Shown here in pieces: positions 27,762 to 38,089 of a stretch of DNA of 64,000 bases. Numbering within the stretch: the first letter of the stretch is position 1; every line of letters starts with the position of its first letter. A model generated the notes under the pieces. That model was given only the letters and a program-made list of their open reading frames with translations, did not search any database and was not told the DNA's origin. Source of the stretch: Lachnospiraceae bacterium (lineage in GTDB: Bacteria > Bacillota > Clostridia > Lachnospirales > Lachnospiraceae). The stretch spans positions 79,034 to 143,033 of the forward strand of contig JAGBBP010000014.1 in the NCBI GenBank assembly GCA_017938405.1, given 5' to 3'. Made by a program: the position numbers and the translations under genes.

Positions 27762-28697
27762 CTATTTTTCAAGCACTGCATGAGCTTCCTTCGTAATGCG
27801 GTCGGCCTGACGCACCAGCTCGTCTGCCTCAGGAGACAACGGCATTACCGAAAAGGCTGCGTCAATCTCCTCAAAATCGTCCGCTTCCGCGTATTCTCCG
27901 TCTTCGTCTGATTCCGCTCCCGGTACAGACACCGCACCGGCACGTTGTTCCTTTGTTTTTTCCATATACAAAAGATATTCGATATTGCCTTCCGGTCCCC
28001 GAATCGGAGAAAAGGAAAGTCCCAACATTAAAAATCCCAAGGAATCCGCATAACGAATCACCTGCTCGATGACTTCCAAATGGGTTTCCCGTTCCCGTAC
28101 TACGCCCTTTTTGCCGACCTTATCTCTTCCTGCTTCAAACTGCGGCTTAACAAGACACACAATCCGGGCTCCTACCTTCATCAAATCATACACCGGCGCC
28201 AGAACCTTCGTAAGAGAAATAAATGCCACATCAATGGATACGAAATCCACCTGCTCCCCGATATCCTCCGGCGTCACATAGCGGATGTTGGTCTGCTCCA
28301 TGGAAACCACCCGTCCATCTGCCTGTAACTTCCCTGCCAGCTGATTGGTGCCCACATCCACCGCAAACACCTTCAAGGCGCCGTTTTGCAGCATACAATC
28401 CGTAAAACCACCGGTAGAAGACCCTACATCCATACATACCGCACCATCCAGTTTTACTCCGAATTCCCCGATGGCTTTTTCCAGTTTAAAACCGCCCCGG
28501 CTTACATATTTCATGACCACACCCCGAAGTTCTATCTCCGCATCTACAGACACTGCCACCCCGGCTTTCCCGTTTTCTCTGACACCGTCCACAAATACAT
28601 TCCCGGCCTTAATATATGCCTTTGCTTTTTCCCTGGATTCTGCCAGATTACGCTTCACCAACAGTACATCCAACCGTTCTTTTTTCTTCTCCTCCAT
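27762..28697 (-). CDS. tlyA: TlyA-family rRNA 2'-O-methyltransferase with acidic C-terminal extension
   Basis: S4 domain (RLDVLLVKRNLAESREKAKAYI), FtsJ-type SAM motif DVGSSTGGFTD, and about 45 extra acidic residues at the C-terminus. Confidence 0.9.
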   Translation of the reverse strand: MEEKKKERLDVLLVKRNLAESREKAKAYIKAGNVFVDGVRENGKAGVAVSVDAEIELRGVVMKYVSRGGFKLEKAIGEFGVKLDGAVCMDVGSSTGGFTDCMLQNGALKVFAVDVGTNQLAGKLQADGRVVSMEQTNIRYVTPEDIGEQVDFVSIDVAFISLTKVLAPVYDLMKVGARIVCLVKPQFEAGRDKVGKKGVVRERETHLEVIEQVIRYADSLGFLMLGLSFSPIRGPEGNIEYLLYMEKTKEQRAGAVSVPGAESDEDGEYAEADDFEEIDAAFSVMPLSPEADELVRQADRITKEAHAVLEK

Positions 28698-28709
28698 CCG
28701 ATTCCTCCG

Positions 28710-30578
28710 TCACACACCGCGGTAAAAGGTTCGGATTTCTTCCGCAATCTTTTCCGCCGTCAGCCCGTACTTTTCCCGTAATACTTCCGGGTCACCGTGT
28801 TCGATATAATGATTCGGCAGGGCAATGCTCTTTAGCTGTACCTTTTGGCCCCGTGCCGCAAAGTAAGCCGCCACCTTTTCCCCGAATCCACCATCGTAAA
28901 TATTTTCTTCTAACGTCACCACTACTCTGTGGCTCTCCGCCATATCATCCAGAACATCCGTATCCATCGGAGAAACAAATCGCATATTTACCACCGAAGC
29001 ACGGTATGTGCCCTCACGCAACAGTTCCCTTACTTTGCAAGCGGTTTCCACCATATTTCCCACCGCTAAAAGTGCAATCTCATTTTCCTTATAAAGTACT
29101 TCCGCTTTCCCGTATACTACCGGTTTTCTCTCCGGTTCCGTTAAATCACAGGCGCTTCCCCGCGGATACCGAAGTGCCACCGGTTTCCCCAGCTTAACCG
29201 CAAACCGCAGCATTTCCTTTAACTCCGTGGCATCCCGCGGTGCCATTACCGTCAGCCCCGGAATATGGGACAAATAGGACAAATCTAAAATTCCCTGGTG
29301 GGTCTCGCCGTCGTTTCCTACGATTCCCGCACGGTCCACCGCAAACACCACCGGAAGTTCCCCTACGCAAACATCATGAACGATTTGGTCATAGGCCCGC
29401 TGTAAAAAAGTAGAATAAACCGCTACAACCGGAGTAAATCCCCCTGCCGCAAGACCTGCCGCAAAGGTTACCGCATGCTCTTCCGCGATTCCCACATCAA
29501 AGAACCGCTCCGGATACTCCTTCGCGAAAACATCCAGCCCCGTTCCCTGGGGCATGGCCGCGGTAATCGCCGCAATTTTCGGATTTTCCTTTGCCAGTTC
29601 GCAAACCGCCTCGGAAAACACGGCGGTATAACTCTTTCCTTTATTCGGAATCAAGTGCTTTCCGGTCTTAATATCAAAAGGCTCCACTCCGTGAAACGCA
29701 CTCGGGTTTTCTTTTGCAAAGCCGTAGCCCTTACCTTTTTCCGTCACAACATGCACCAATACCGGCTTATTTGCCGCAAAGGCCGTTTGAAAGGCCCGTA
29801 CCATCAATTCAATATTGTGTCCGTCGATAGGACCCACATAGGTAATTCCCATATCCTCGAAAAACATGCTTGGAACAAGAAAATGCTTAATGGAATCCTT
29901 GGAACGCTTTAAGCCCATGACTAACTTTGTACCGGCTTTGGTTTTTCGTAAATTCTGCTCCAAATCGTCCTTAAACTCTACGTATTTTGTATTGGTACGC
30001 ACTTTACCGAGATAGGCTGCCATCCCGCCGATATTTTCCGAAATGGACATCTGGTTATCGTTTAATACAATCAACATCTTTGTCCGGCTGCCGCCGATAT
30101 TATTTAATGCTTCGTAGGCCATACCGCCGGAGAGAGCCCCGTCTCCGATGACTGCCGCAACCTTGTAATCCTCTCCCGCCAAATCCCTGGCCGCCGCAAA
30201 TCCGGCTGCTGCGGAAATGGATGTGGAACTATGCCCCGTATCAAAAGCATCGCAATCGCTTTCCTTCCGTTTCGGGAATCCGCTTAACCCTTCATAGGTC
30301 CGCAGGGTAGAAAACTCATTTTTACGTCCCGTCAGAATCTTATGAGTATATGCCTGATGTCCCACATCAAAAATCAGCTTGTCCTTCGGAAAATCCATAG
30401 CAAGATGCAGCGCCATGGTAAGCTCCACCGCACCTAAATTAGACGCCAAATGTCCGCCGGTCTTACTGATGCTTTGCACCAAAAACCTGCGGATTTCCTT
30501 TGCCAGATTCCCGTATTCTTTTTTACCGATTGCTTTGATATCATTGGGCTTGTTAATCTGTTCCAGCAGTCCCTTCAT
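28710..30578 (-). CDS. dxs: 1-deoxy-D-xylulose-5-phosphate synthase
   Basis: Start set to ATG 30576-30578 (the track start is GTG). TPP-binding GDGALSGGMAYEALN and other conserved DXS blocks. Confidence 0.95.
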   Translation of the reverse strand: MKGLLEQINKPNDIKAIGKKEYGNLAKEIRRFLVQSISKTGGHLASNLGAVELTMALHLAMDFPKDKLIFDVGHQAYTHKILTGRKNEFSTLRTYEGLSGFPKRKESDCDAFDTGHSSTSISAAAGFAAARDLAGEDYKVAAVIGDGALSGGMAYEALNNIGGSRTKMLIVLNDNQMSISENIGGMAAYLGKVRTNTKYVEFKDDLEQNLRKTKAGTKLVMGLKRSKDSIKHFLVPSMFFEDMGITYVGPIDGHNIELMVRAFQTAFAANKPVLVHVVTEKGKGYGFAKENPSAFHGVEPFDIKTGKHLIPNKGKSYTAVFSEAVCELAKENPKIAAITAAMPQGTGLDVFAKEYPERFFDVGIAEEHAVTFAAGLAAGGFTPVVAVYSTFLQRAYDQIVHDVCVGELPVVFAVDRAGIVGNDGETHQGILDLSYLSHIPGLTVMAPRDATELKEMLRFAVKLGKPVALRYPRGSACDLTEPERKPVVYGKAEVLYKENEIALLAVGNMVETACKVRELLREGTYRASVVNMRFVSPMDTDVLDDMAESHRVVVTLEENIYDGGFGEKVAAYFAARGQKVQLKSIALPNHYIEHGDPEVLREKYGLTAEKIAEEIRTFYRGV

Positions 30579-30612
30579 AAACACATCCTCCGATGCCGTA
30601 TAATCTCTCTCT

Positions 30613-31494
30613 TTAGTATTCCCGCGTAATTAAGGACAACAAAAGCTCTTTTAAAAACGGATTCTCGTACGGTAAGGTATCCAACAGTTCCACCGCCCGG
30701 TTCGAAAACTCCCGTACGGTCTCCTCCGCCTGTTCCACACCGATTAAGGTAACATAGGTCATTTTCTCGTTCTTTTCATCACTGTGAAGAGGCTTGCCAA
30801 GTTTACTTTCATCTCCTATCACATCCAAAATGTCATCTTTGATCTGGAACGCAAGACCTACATAGTTCCCCACCTGTTCCAATACGGAAAGCTGCGCCTC
30901 CCCGGCTCCGGCCAATGCCGCACCGGCCATCAGGGCTCCGCACAAAAGCGCGGAGGTCTTCCGCTCGTTAATATAGTCCAAAAGCTCTTTGGTCTGGGGC
31001 TTTCCCGTCCATTCCAAATCCACGGTTTGTCCCGCAATCATGCCCCGGACACCGGCTTTTTTCGCAAGGATGGACATGGCTTTTGCTCCGTTTGCCCCCT
31101 GTTCACATACCGCCTCGCTCATCACTTCAAAGGCATAATTTAAAAGGCCGTCTCCCGCCAGAATTCCCATGGCTTCTCCGTATTTTGCATGGGTGGTAAG
31201 CTGTCCTCTGCGGTACATGTCATTGTCCATGGCCGGCAAATCATCATGCACCAGAGAATAGGTGTGAATCATCTCAAGAGCTGCCGCAAAGGGCTGTGCC
31301 GCAGTATCATTTCCTCCGAACATCTTGTAGGCTTCCAGCAAAATCATCGGGCGAAGACGCTTTCCTCCAACCGCCACACTGTAATTCATTGCCTCGCAAA
31401 GCACCTTTTCTTTGCCGGATTCTTCCGGAAGAAACCGACAAAGCATCCGGTTAATCTCTTCTGTTTTTTGCCTTTTTACCTGCTCAAACTCCAT
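30613..31494 (-). CDS. ispA: Farnesyl/geranyl diphosphate synthase
   Basis: First and second Asp-rich motifs LVHDDLPAMDND and FQIKDDILD. Its ATG overlaps the xseB stop by 1 nt (TAATG). Confidence 0.9.
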   Translation of the reverse strand: MEFEQVKRQKTEEINRMLCRFLPEESGKEKVLCEAMNYSVAVGGKRLRPMILLEAYKMFGGNDTAAQPFAAALEMIHTYSLVHDDLPAMDNDMYRRGQLTTHAKYGEAMGILAGDGLLNYAFEVMSEAVCEQGANGAKAMSILAKKAGVRGMIAGQTVDLEWTGKPQTKELLDYINERKTSALLCGALMAGAALAGAGEAQLSVLEQVGNYVGLAFQIKDDILDVIGDESKLGKPLHSDEKNEKMTYVTLIGVEQAEETVREFSNRAVELLDTLPYENPFLKELLLSLITREY

Positions 31495-31697
31495 TAGGCT
31501 TCCTCCAAAATCTGCAACTCTTTCTCCACCGTATCTACCGCAGCATTACATTCCTTTAAAAGTTCCATGCCCGTACGGTACTTTGCAAATGCTTCCTCAA
31601 GCGGTAACTCCTGATTTTCCAACTCCACGGTAATTGCTTCCAGCTCGGAAAACATTTCTTCCAATGTACGTTTCTTATCCTTTTCTTTTTCACTCAT
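31494..31697 (-). CDS. xseB: Exodeoxyribonuclease VII small subunit
   Basis: 67 aa. The LEE.F..LE.I...LE......LEE....Y..G..L pattern, directly after xseA. Confidence 0.9.
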   Translation of the reverse strand: MSEKEKDKKRTLEEMFSELEAITVELENQELPLEEAFAKYRTGMELLKECNAAVDTVEKELQILEEA

Positions 31698-31711
31698 CCG
31701 TTACCGCCTCC

Positions 31712-32914
31712 TTATTGATTCTCCACCCGGGTCACTTCCGCCGTAAAGCTTCCGTCCGCCAGGGAAATATGCACCGTATCCTTCGGTTTTACCTGCGCTA
31801 CCGAAGTAAGGGGATGCTTGTCCGCACCGGTTACAAAGGCATACCCGCCGGACAATCGGGCCGCCGGAGAAACCCCGTGTAAGCGCCCCGCCAACAGTTC
31901 CAAACGGTGCTTATTCCGCACCATGTGCCGTTTCATTGCACTATCCAGGCGTTCGCCCGTATATACCAGCTGTACCTTTCTCGCCTTTAAAGCTCCTGCC
32001 GGACCAACCCGGAGCAACTTTTCTCCGAAGGCTTCCATGCGACTGCGGGCTCCTTCGATCCGATGACACATGGCATACAATAAATCTGCATGAAAAGTTG
32101 CCAGACTCTCCTCCAATGCCCGGTATTCAAACACAGCCAACTCTGCCGCCGCACTTGGGGTAGGCGCCCGTAAATCTGCCGCAAAATCCGTCAGTGCCAC
32201 ATCTACTTCATGCCCCACCGCACTGATGACCGGCGTCTCGCACTCCGCCACCGCACGGACCACAAGCTCCGTATTAAAGGCCATTAAGTCCTCGGCACTG
32301 CCGCCACCGCGACCGATAATAATCACGTCCGGACGCAAAACATCCAGCTTCTTTAACGCCCTCGCCAGACTTTCCGGTGCCGCTTCCCCCTGCACCAATG
32401 CAGGCTGTAATATAAGCTGCACATACGGATTCCGCCGGTTGGCAATCTGCACAATATCCCGAATAGCCGCACCGGTTTGTGCGGTTACGATACCGACCCG
32501 TCCGGCATAGGCCGGTATGGGCTTTTTCCGCTCTGCATCAAACAACCCTTCCGCCGCCAGACGACGTTTTAATTCCTCTATTTGCTCAAACAGCTGCCCC
32601 ATGCCGTCTTTTTCAATCATTTCGGCATAAAGCTGGTACTTACCGTCCCGCTCATACACCTGCATGCTTCCGTAAACCACAACACTCTGGCCTTCTTGTA
32701 ACCGAAACGACAGATTACGGACCGCACTTGCAAACATCACGCAGGCAAGCTGTCCCGTTTTATCCTTAATCGTAAAATACAGATGTCCCGAAGAATGGTA
32801 CTTGCAATTGGACACCTCGCCTTTCACGGCGAGGAATCGCAATCTGTCATCCTTCAAAAACATCTGTTTCACATACGCATTTACTTGACTGACCGAAAAA
32901 ACCGGCTGGTTCAT
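31712..32914 (-). CDS. xseA: Exodeoxyribonuclease VII large subunit
   Basis: 400 aa. N-terminal OB fold (FSVSQVNAYVKQMF...VKGEVSN) and catalytic region RGGGSAEDL. Confidence 0.95.
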   Translation of the reverse strand: MNQPVFSVSQVNAYVKQMFLKDDRLRFLAVKGEVSNCKYHSSGHLYFTIKDKTGQLACVMFASAVRNLSFRLQEGQSVVVYGSMQVYERDGKYQLYAEMIEKDGMGQLFEQIEELKRRLAAEGLFDAERKKPIPAYAGRVGIVTAQTGAAIRDIVQIANRRNPYVQLILQPALVQGEAAPESLARALKKLDVLRPDVIIIGRGGGSAEDLMAFNTELVVRAVAECETPVISAVGHEVDVALTDFAADLRAPTPSAAAELAVFEYRALEESLATFHADLLYAMCHRIEGARSRMEAFGEKLLRVGPAGALKARKVQLVYTGERLDSAMKRHMVRNKHRLELLAGRLHGVSPAARLSGGYAFVTGADKHPLTSVAQVKPKDTVHISLADGSFTAEVTRVENQ

Positions 32915-32929
32915 CCTAGCCTCCTCGTA

Positions 32930-33379
32930 CTACGCTTCCACTAGCTTTGCCAAAACACCGTTAATAAACCCGGAAGACGCATCTGCTCCGTATTTTTTTG
33001 CAAGCTCGACTGCTTCATTAATCGCAACCTTTTCCGGAGTCTCTTCATCATAACGCATCTCATACAATGCCATCCGAAGAAGCGTAAGCTCCACCTTACC
33101 GATACGGTTTAACTTCCAACCGGTTGCCGCCTCGGAAAGAATTGCATCAATCTCGTCTCTGTGACTGCAAATGTCATAGAAACGTGCCTTTACCGCTTCC
33201 GCATCCGTTCCTTCCGGAAGCTTTAAGAAACGATAACGGGTAGAATCTCCCGGTTCGTCCTCGGACAATTCCACGCCGTCGAAATACAGGGAAAGCTGCT
33301 CCTCCATCTCTTCCGCATCATGGAAATCCTTCCGGAACAATAATAAAAAGGTATGTTCTCTTAATTCACGCCTGGTCAT
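32930..33379 (-). CDS. nusB: Transcription antitermination factor NusB
   Basis: 149 aa. A NusB-type helical protein ending ...INEAVELAKKYG...SGFINGVL. Confidence 0.9.
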   Translation of the reverse strand: MTRRELREHTFLLLFRKDFHDAEEMEEQLSLYFDGVELSEDEPGDSTRYRFLKLPEGTDAEAVKARFYDICSHRDEIDAILSEAATGWKLNRIGKVELTLLRMALYEMRYDEETPEKVAINEAVELAKKYGADASSGFINGVLAKLVEA

Positions 33380-33390
33380 AAAACTCTCCC

Positions 33391-33783
33391 TTATCTTGTT
33401 GTATTGGTGTCTACACCTACGATATGAACATTAATCACTTCCACCGTAAGTCCTACCATATTTTCAATGGCAGCCTTCACCTTCTCCTGAATTGCCTTAC
33501 AGGTCTTCGGAATACTGTAACCGTAACGCATCATCACGGAAAGGTCTACACTGACACCGCTCTCATTCAGGCTGATACGGATTCCCTTGGTGAGATTCTT
33601 CATTCCCAGCTTTCCGACCAATTCCTTTGTGATATTTCCCTGCATTGCCGCAACTCCTTCCACTTCGGTAGCTGCGAGTCCCGCAATGGTTGCAATTACA
33701 TCATCTGCTATCATGACTTCCCCGATATTGGATACTTCCTTCGAGGACCAATTTACATTCTTTCCTTCGATTTCTTTTGCCAT
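33391..33783 (-). CDS. Asp23/Gls24-family (alkaline shock) protein
   Basis: Start set to ATG 33781-33783 after GGAGGCAG. IADDVIATIAGLAATEVEGV and C-terminal VNVHIVGV are typical of the family. Same position as yqhY in B. subtilis. Confidence 0.85.
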   Translation of the reverse strand: MAKEIEGKNVNWSSKEVSNIGEVMIADDVIATIAGLAATEVEGVAAMQGNITKELVGKLGMKNLTKGIRISLNESGVSVDLSVMMRYGYSIPKTCKAIQEKVKAAIENMVGLTVEVINVHIVGVDTNTTR

Positions 33784-33856
33784 ATTACTGCCTCCGTTCC
33801 TTGCAACCGCCGGAAAAGACCGCTTTCCCATGTTGCAATTTATCTCGATTATTTAT

Positions 33857-33885
33857 AGTATACCATTTCTTTTTAAAATTGAAAA
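33857..33885 (-). promoter_or_regulatory. Candidate extended -10 promoter for asp23-nusB-xseAB...
   Basis: The minus strand reads TTTTCA, a 17-nt spacer, then TATACT, with TG one nt upstream of the -10. Confidence 0.4.
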
Positions 33886-33939
33886 GCTTTTTTTCTTAGG
33901 ATTTTATTTAGAAACGCGGATTCTGCCCTTGGTTTCGGA

Positions 33940-34650
33940 TTAATCCTCCTGTACCGCTGCCATAATCACAATATGTTCCGCTTCCGCCCCGGTTTTCCGC
34001 ATCACAATATCCTCAATCTGTGCAATCTGCCGGTCGGTTACTTCCGTGGCATTAATCACCACATCCACTTCTTCCCCTACAATGTTTACCACGGAATCCG
34101 CAAATCCCTTTGCTTCCAGCAACAGCTCCGCTGCCTGCTCTTTTTCGGAAATCGCGGTCATCTCAAGCAATACATCGATTGCTTCCTGTTTCTGGGTTTC
34201 CGAAAGGCTGTCGTCTCCCAACATATCCATTAAAACCGCTTTGTTCCTGGCTCTGGTCTGTTCTCTGTTTAATTTTGCATTTACCGCAAAGTCACCGCGG
34301 ATTGTGGTACTTACAAGCACCGCTTCCCCCGGATCTTCCGACACTTCCGCAGCATTCGCTACATCCGTTACCCCGTCGGTTTCCGCAGAGGCTGTTTTTG
34401 CGGCATCGTTTTCTGCGGATGCCAAAGACTGACCCATCATATCTTCGTCGGAAATATCGGAAGCATAATCCGTAAAGTCTCCCGCCGTAATTTCATAATG
34501 ATTCTCCACCTGACTGTTTACCTGTGTCGCATCCTCCATAGGAAGCTTTTCCTTTGCGGCGTCTCCTGACATCTGCAAATAGCCCGCCACCGCAATCATA
34601 AGTGCCAGGGATGTAATAATTACCTGGTTTTTCTTAAAAATATTTTTCAT
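33940..34650 (-). CDS. spoIIIAH: Stage III sporulation protein AH
   Basis: Last gene of an 8-gene spoIIIA array. N-terminal TM helix, acidic linker and a C-terminal YscJ/FliF-like domain. Confidence 0.8.
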   Translation of the reverse strand: MKNIFKKNQVIITSLALMIAVAGYLQMSGDAAKEKLPMEDATQVNSQVENHYEITAGDFTDYASDISDEDMMGQSLASAENDAAKTASAETDGVTDVANAAEVSEDPGEAVLVSTTIRGDFAVNAKLNREQTRARNKAVLMDMLGDDSLSETQKQEAIDVLLEMTAISEKEQAAELLLEAKGFADSVVNIVGEEVDVVINATEVTDRQIAQIEDIVMRKTGAEAEHIVIMAAVQED

Positions 34651-34663
34651 ACTTACCTCCGAA

Positions 34664-35227
34664 TTAATTATTGATTATCTTAACCTTATGTGCCGGAACA
34701 TCAAATAATGCCTGTACTGCTTCGGTTATTGCAAGTACACCGTTTCCGTCCGCTCCGGATATTACCGCCACTACGCCTTCCACCTCCGGTGTCAGCTCCT
34801 TTGTCAAATAAGGAGTCTCCCCCGCAAGCACTGCGGTTTTTTCTTCCTTCGTCTTTCCCGATTCCCGTTCTCCTCCGCTTCCGTCCGTCTCCCGCAAGGT
34901 GTCCGTATCCGTCAACGTATCCTGCAATACCACTTTTTCCATGGTAGATTTTACGGTAATCATTACTTCCGCACTTGTCACTCCGTTTACTTCAAGCAAC
35001 ATTTCCCTAAGCTTTCGTTCCATACGTTCCGCATATTCTTCCGTTTCCTCCTGCCTCTGCTGTACCGCAGCTCCCGCATCCACTGCTTCTTTCTTTTCTT
35101 TCTGAAACAAGTCCGGTACGGATAAGAGCAAAAGCAATACCCCCGCTGCAAGAATAATTGCCCATTCCTTGATTCCGGGTTCTTTTTTTGTCTTCTTATC
35201 CATCCCTTTCCTCCTTGATACTAACAT
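34664..35227 (-). CDS. spoIIIAG: Stage III sporulation protein AG
   Basis: N-terminal TM helix plus a ring-building-motif-like C-terminus. Position 7 of the operon. ATG at 35203 is an equally good start. Confidence 0.8.
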   Translation of the reverse strand: MLVSRRKGMDKKTKKEPGIKEWAIILAAGVLLLLLSVPDLFQKEKKEAVDAGAAVQQRQEETEEYAERMERKLREMLLEVNGVTSAEVMITVKSTMEKVVLQDTLTDTDTLRETDGSGGERESGKTKEEKTAVLAGETPYLTKELTPEVEGVVAVISGADGNGVLAITEAVQALFDVPAHKVKIINN

Positions 35228-35789
35228 TTATATTCTCCTTCTCTATCCGATAGAAGTCCGCCAGTTTGTCCTTGATGCGAATTTCTTCCGCACTGACGGC
35301 AGTATCCGTTTTTTTTCGTTCAAATACAATGGGTTCGATTTCTATTTTCGATCCGGCCTCTTCTCTCCCATATTCCGCAAAAACCGTCAGGCCCCGTATG
35401 GTGCCGAACTCCTTTTCCTCCGCAGACAGGGAAAAATCCGCAGAAAGCAGCAAAATCCCCTCCTCCGAAAGAATCCCGGAAAGCTGTGCAATCAACTCCT
35501 TTTCATAAGCCTCCAATACCGCAAATTCATATCCGGCTTCTTCCGGCACCACCAGGCGGGGTGTCTCCTGCGCCAATAAAAACGAGATTTTTTGCTCTGC
35601 CGCATGTAACACCTTTTCTTCCCCTCCGAACAATCCTAAAATCGGACGTACAATTAATATTACCAGAATCATTCCGCAAACCGGATGCACAAACCGCTCA
35701 TAAGAACTCCCCTTTAATAACTGCATCACCAGATTGGCAAATAACAGGAAAAATAGGACGGTTTTTGCATAGGAAACCACCGCTTCCAT
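35196..35789 (-). CDS. spoIIIAF: Stage III sporulation protein AF
   Basis: 197 aa. Two N-terminal TM helices (VLFFLLFANLVMQLL, GMILVILIVRPIL). Position 6. Confidence 0.8.
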   Translation of the reverse strand: MEAVVSYAKTVLFFLLFANLVMQLLKGSSYERFVHPVCGMILVILIVRPILGLFGGEEKVLHAAEQKISFLLAQETPRLVVPEEAGYEFAVLEAYEKELIAQLSGILSEEGILLLSADFSLSAEEKEFGTIRGLTVFAEYGREEAGSKIEIEPIVFERKKTDTAVSAEEIRIKDKLADFYRIEKENINVSIKEERDG

Positions 35790-36857
35790 TTATACGCCTC
35801 CTCCCTTTCCTCCCGTAAGCACAGAAAGAACCACAATGGTCAAAAAGAATAACAGCATGGTATATAGCACCATCCGTAGCAGCAATTTATGTGTCTTTGC
35901 CGCATACCCGAGACAATCCGTAATCCGTTTATCCGATACCGGTTGCAATACCGCCGCACCGAATCGTAATGCAAACTGTGCAATTCCCACACGAAGCAGG
36001 GGAATCAGACACAACAAAAAAATGAGGATTGCACCAGCCGCGCCGATGGCATTTTTTAACAGCACTCCCGCCGCCAGTACGGTCTGTGAAGTTCCGTCCA
36101 AAATATCCCCCACCACCGGCACCGCTCCCGCCGTTTTAATCAGTGCGGAGCGTTTTACCGCATCTGCCGCCGGGGCAATCATTCCCTGAATCGTTCCGAT
36201 GCCAAGCACCGCCGCCACAGAAATTTTCATCAAACCGTCTGCCACGGAATAAAATAATCCCGCCAATTTGGATAAAAAATCTTCCTCCAATATCCGGTTT
36301 AAAACCGAAAGCATAAAATATAACCCAATCATGGGCAATACCACATTACGAAGTACAATTCCCACCACTGCGATTCCGAGCATTGCCACAGCATAAAAGC
36401 CTGACCCGCTGAGGCTTCCGGAGGCAAAGGTAAGTCCCGCACAATAGGCAGGCAGTAATACCTTCATAAAATCCAGAAGCGCCGACAATGCATCTCCCAC
36501 AATTGTTTTTGATGCCTCAAAAATCCGGAGACTCCCTGCCACAATCAGAAGATATGCCACAAAAAATCCGGTCTGGGCAGCCTGTCCCAACCGTCCGGTT
36601 TTGGATAAAATCGAAAATACCGCCGCCACAATAGCGATATAAATCAGTTCCTTTACCCCTAACACACCGTAGAACAATCCTTGATATCCGGATTCCTTCA
36701 ATAAAGAAAACAAGTCCCGAAGAGGGATTTCCCCGTCCATCAATCCGCACACAATATCCGAAAAACGAAGTGTATCTCCGACAGGGAACAAAGCTTCCAC
36801 TGTCTGATCCAGTCCGGTATAATCCACGGAAAACAGTTCTACATCCATCTTTTCCAT
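35790..36857 (-). CDS. spoIIIAE: Stage III sporulation protein AE
   Basis: 355-aa polytopic membrane protein. Position 5. Confidence 0.85.
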   Translation of the reverse strand: MEKMDVELFSVDYTGLDQTVEALFPVGDTLRFSDIVCGLMDGEIPLRDLFSLLKESGYQGLFYGVLGVKELIYIAIVAAVFSILSKTGRLGQAAQTGFFVAYLLIVAGSLRIFEASKTIVGDALSALLDFMKVLLPAYCAGLTFASGSLSGSGFYAVAMLGIAVVGIVLRNVVLPMIGLYFMLSVLNRILEEDFLSKLAGLFYSVADGLMKISVAAVLGIGTIQGMIAPAADAVKRSALIKTAGAVPVVGDILDGTSQTVLAAGVLLKNAIGAAGAILIFLLCLIPLLRVGIAQFALRFGAAVLQPVSDKRITDCLGYAAKTHKLLLRMVLYTMLLFFLTIVVLSVLTGGKGGGV

Positions 36858-36912
36858 TCATGTCTCCCTCCTCCCCGTTCCTTTCTTTCTACAATTTCAA
36901 CCTTCTGCACTT

Positions 36913-37293
36913 CTACCAGCTCAGCCCGGCAATGGTTTCAAACAATGCCGTCACCACTGGCATACTGATGGCCAGTATGGCCAGCTTCCCCACCAATTCG
37001 ATTTGTCCGCTGACCGCACTCTGCCCCGCATCCTTACAAAGTGCGGAACCGAACTCCGCCAGATACGCCACACCTAAAATCTTAAATAAAATTTTTAAAT
37101 ATCCGTCCGGCAGACTGACGTAGGAAAAAAGCTTTTTTAAATCGCCGATTACCGTCGTTAACGTTCCTCCCGCAAACAATAAAATCAACACACAGGCCGC
37201 AAGGCTTACCGCCATGGCAAACTCCGGTTTTCCTACCCGTAAAAGTAACACCGCAAATACCGCTACAATCCCGATTAATACTACCTTAATCAT
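36913..37293 (-). CDS. spoIIIAD: Stage III sporulation protein AD
   Basis: 126-aa hydrophobic protein. Position 4. Confidence 0.85.
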   Translation of the reverse strand: MIKVVLIGIVAVFAVLLLRVGKPEFAMAVSLAACVLILLFAGGTLTTVIGDLKKLFSYVSLPDGYLKILFKILGVAYLAEFGSALCKDAGQSAVSGQIELVGKLAILAISMPVVTALFETIAGLSW

Positions 37294-37305
37294 TTTCCTA
37301 TGCTC

Positions 37306-37500
37306 CTATAGTTCAAACAGATTCATAATCGTATGAAACAGTTCCGCTATGTAAGGTACAATCCACAAAAGCACCAACAGCAGTCCCGCCAGACTGACCA
37401 AAAAAGCCTGTTCCTCCCTGCCGGAATGCTTCAGTACCTGATTGATAACCGAAACCAGGATTCCCACCGCAGCGATTTTAAAAATCAATTGTATTGTCAT
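37306..37500 (-). CDS. spoIIIAC: Stage III sporulation protein AC
   Basis: 64-aa two-TM protein. Position 3. Confidence 0.85.
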   Translation of the reverse strand: MTIQLIFKIAAVGILVSVINQVLKHSGREEQAFLVSLAGLLLVLLWIVPYIAELFHTIMNLFEL

Positions 37501-37555
37501 AAAAGCCTCCTTTTCCCTCCGTTTGCCTTACAATGGCAAAGTTTTCTCCCTTTCC

Positions 37556-38089
37556 TCAGCATAAGAGCACCGATAAAAATATTCCGCCTAAAATACCAAG
37601 ACTCCGATACAAATAAGACTTTTCTTTCCTTCTCTGCTTTTCCTGCCCGATGGCCTCTCGTACATTTTCCGCATAATACAGAATCATCTCCGTCTGCTTT
37701 TCCTTATCTCCGCCTCCCAACAAAAGAAACGTCTCCACAAACGAATCCCGCTCCTCTTTGGTTATCATTCCGTTTTTGTGTTCTTCGTCGGTACACTTAG
37801 AAAGCAACACTTCATAAGCTTCTCTTCCTGTTTCCATTTGTTTTGCAAGTTTTCTCAACATTCTCCGATATGTTCCTTCGAACCTATCCTGTCTACACTC
37901 GACCGCACTCCGGATCGCTTCCGGCAGAGGTTTCATTCCATGGCCGATTTCACTTTTCAAACGAAGAAGACAAAAATACAGTTCCTCCAGCTCCTTTGTC
38001 CGTTGTTTCATTTTATGTATCGGGCAGGCGCCCAACCCCGCTCCTGCCAAAATCACCAGGAGTACCCCCGGTATTTTTAAATATTCCAC
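37556..38089 (-). CDS. spoIIIAB: Stage III sporulation protein AB
   Basis: 177 aa. N-terminal TM helix plus a GspF-like helical domain. It overlaps the spoIIIAA 3' end by 13 nt. Confidence 0.8.
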   Translation of the reverse strand: MEYLKIPGVLLVILAGAGLGACPIHKMKQRTKELEELYFCLLRLKSEIGHGMKPLPEAIRSAVECRQDRFEGTYRRMLRKLAKQMETGREAYEVLLSKCTDEEHKNGMITKEERDSFVETFLLLGGGDKEKQTEMILYYAENVREAIGQEKQRRKEKSYLYRSLGILGGIFLSVLLC

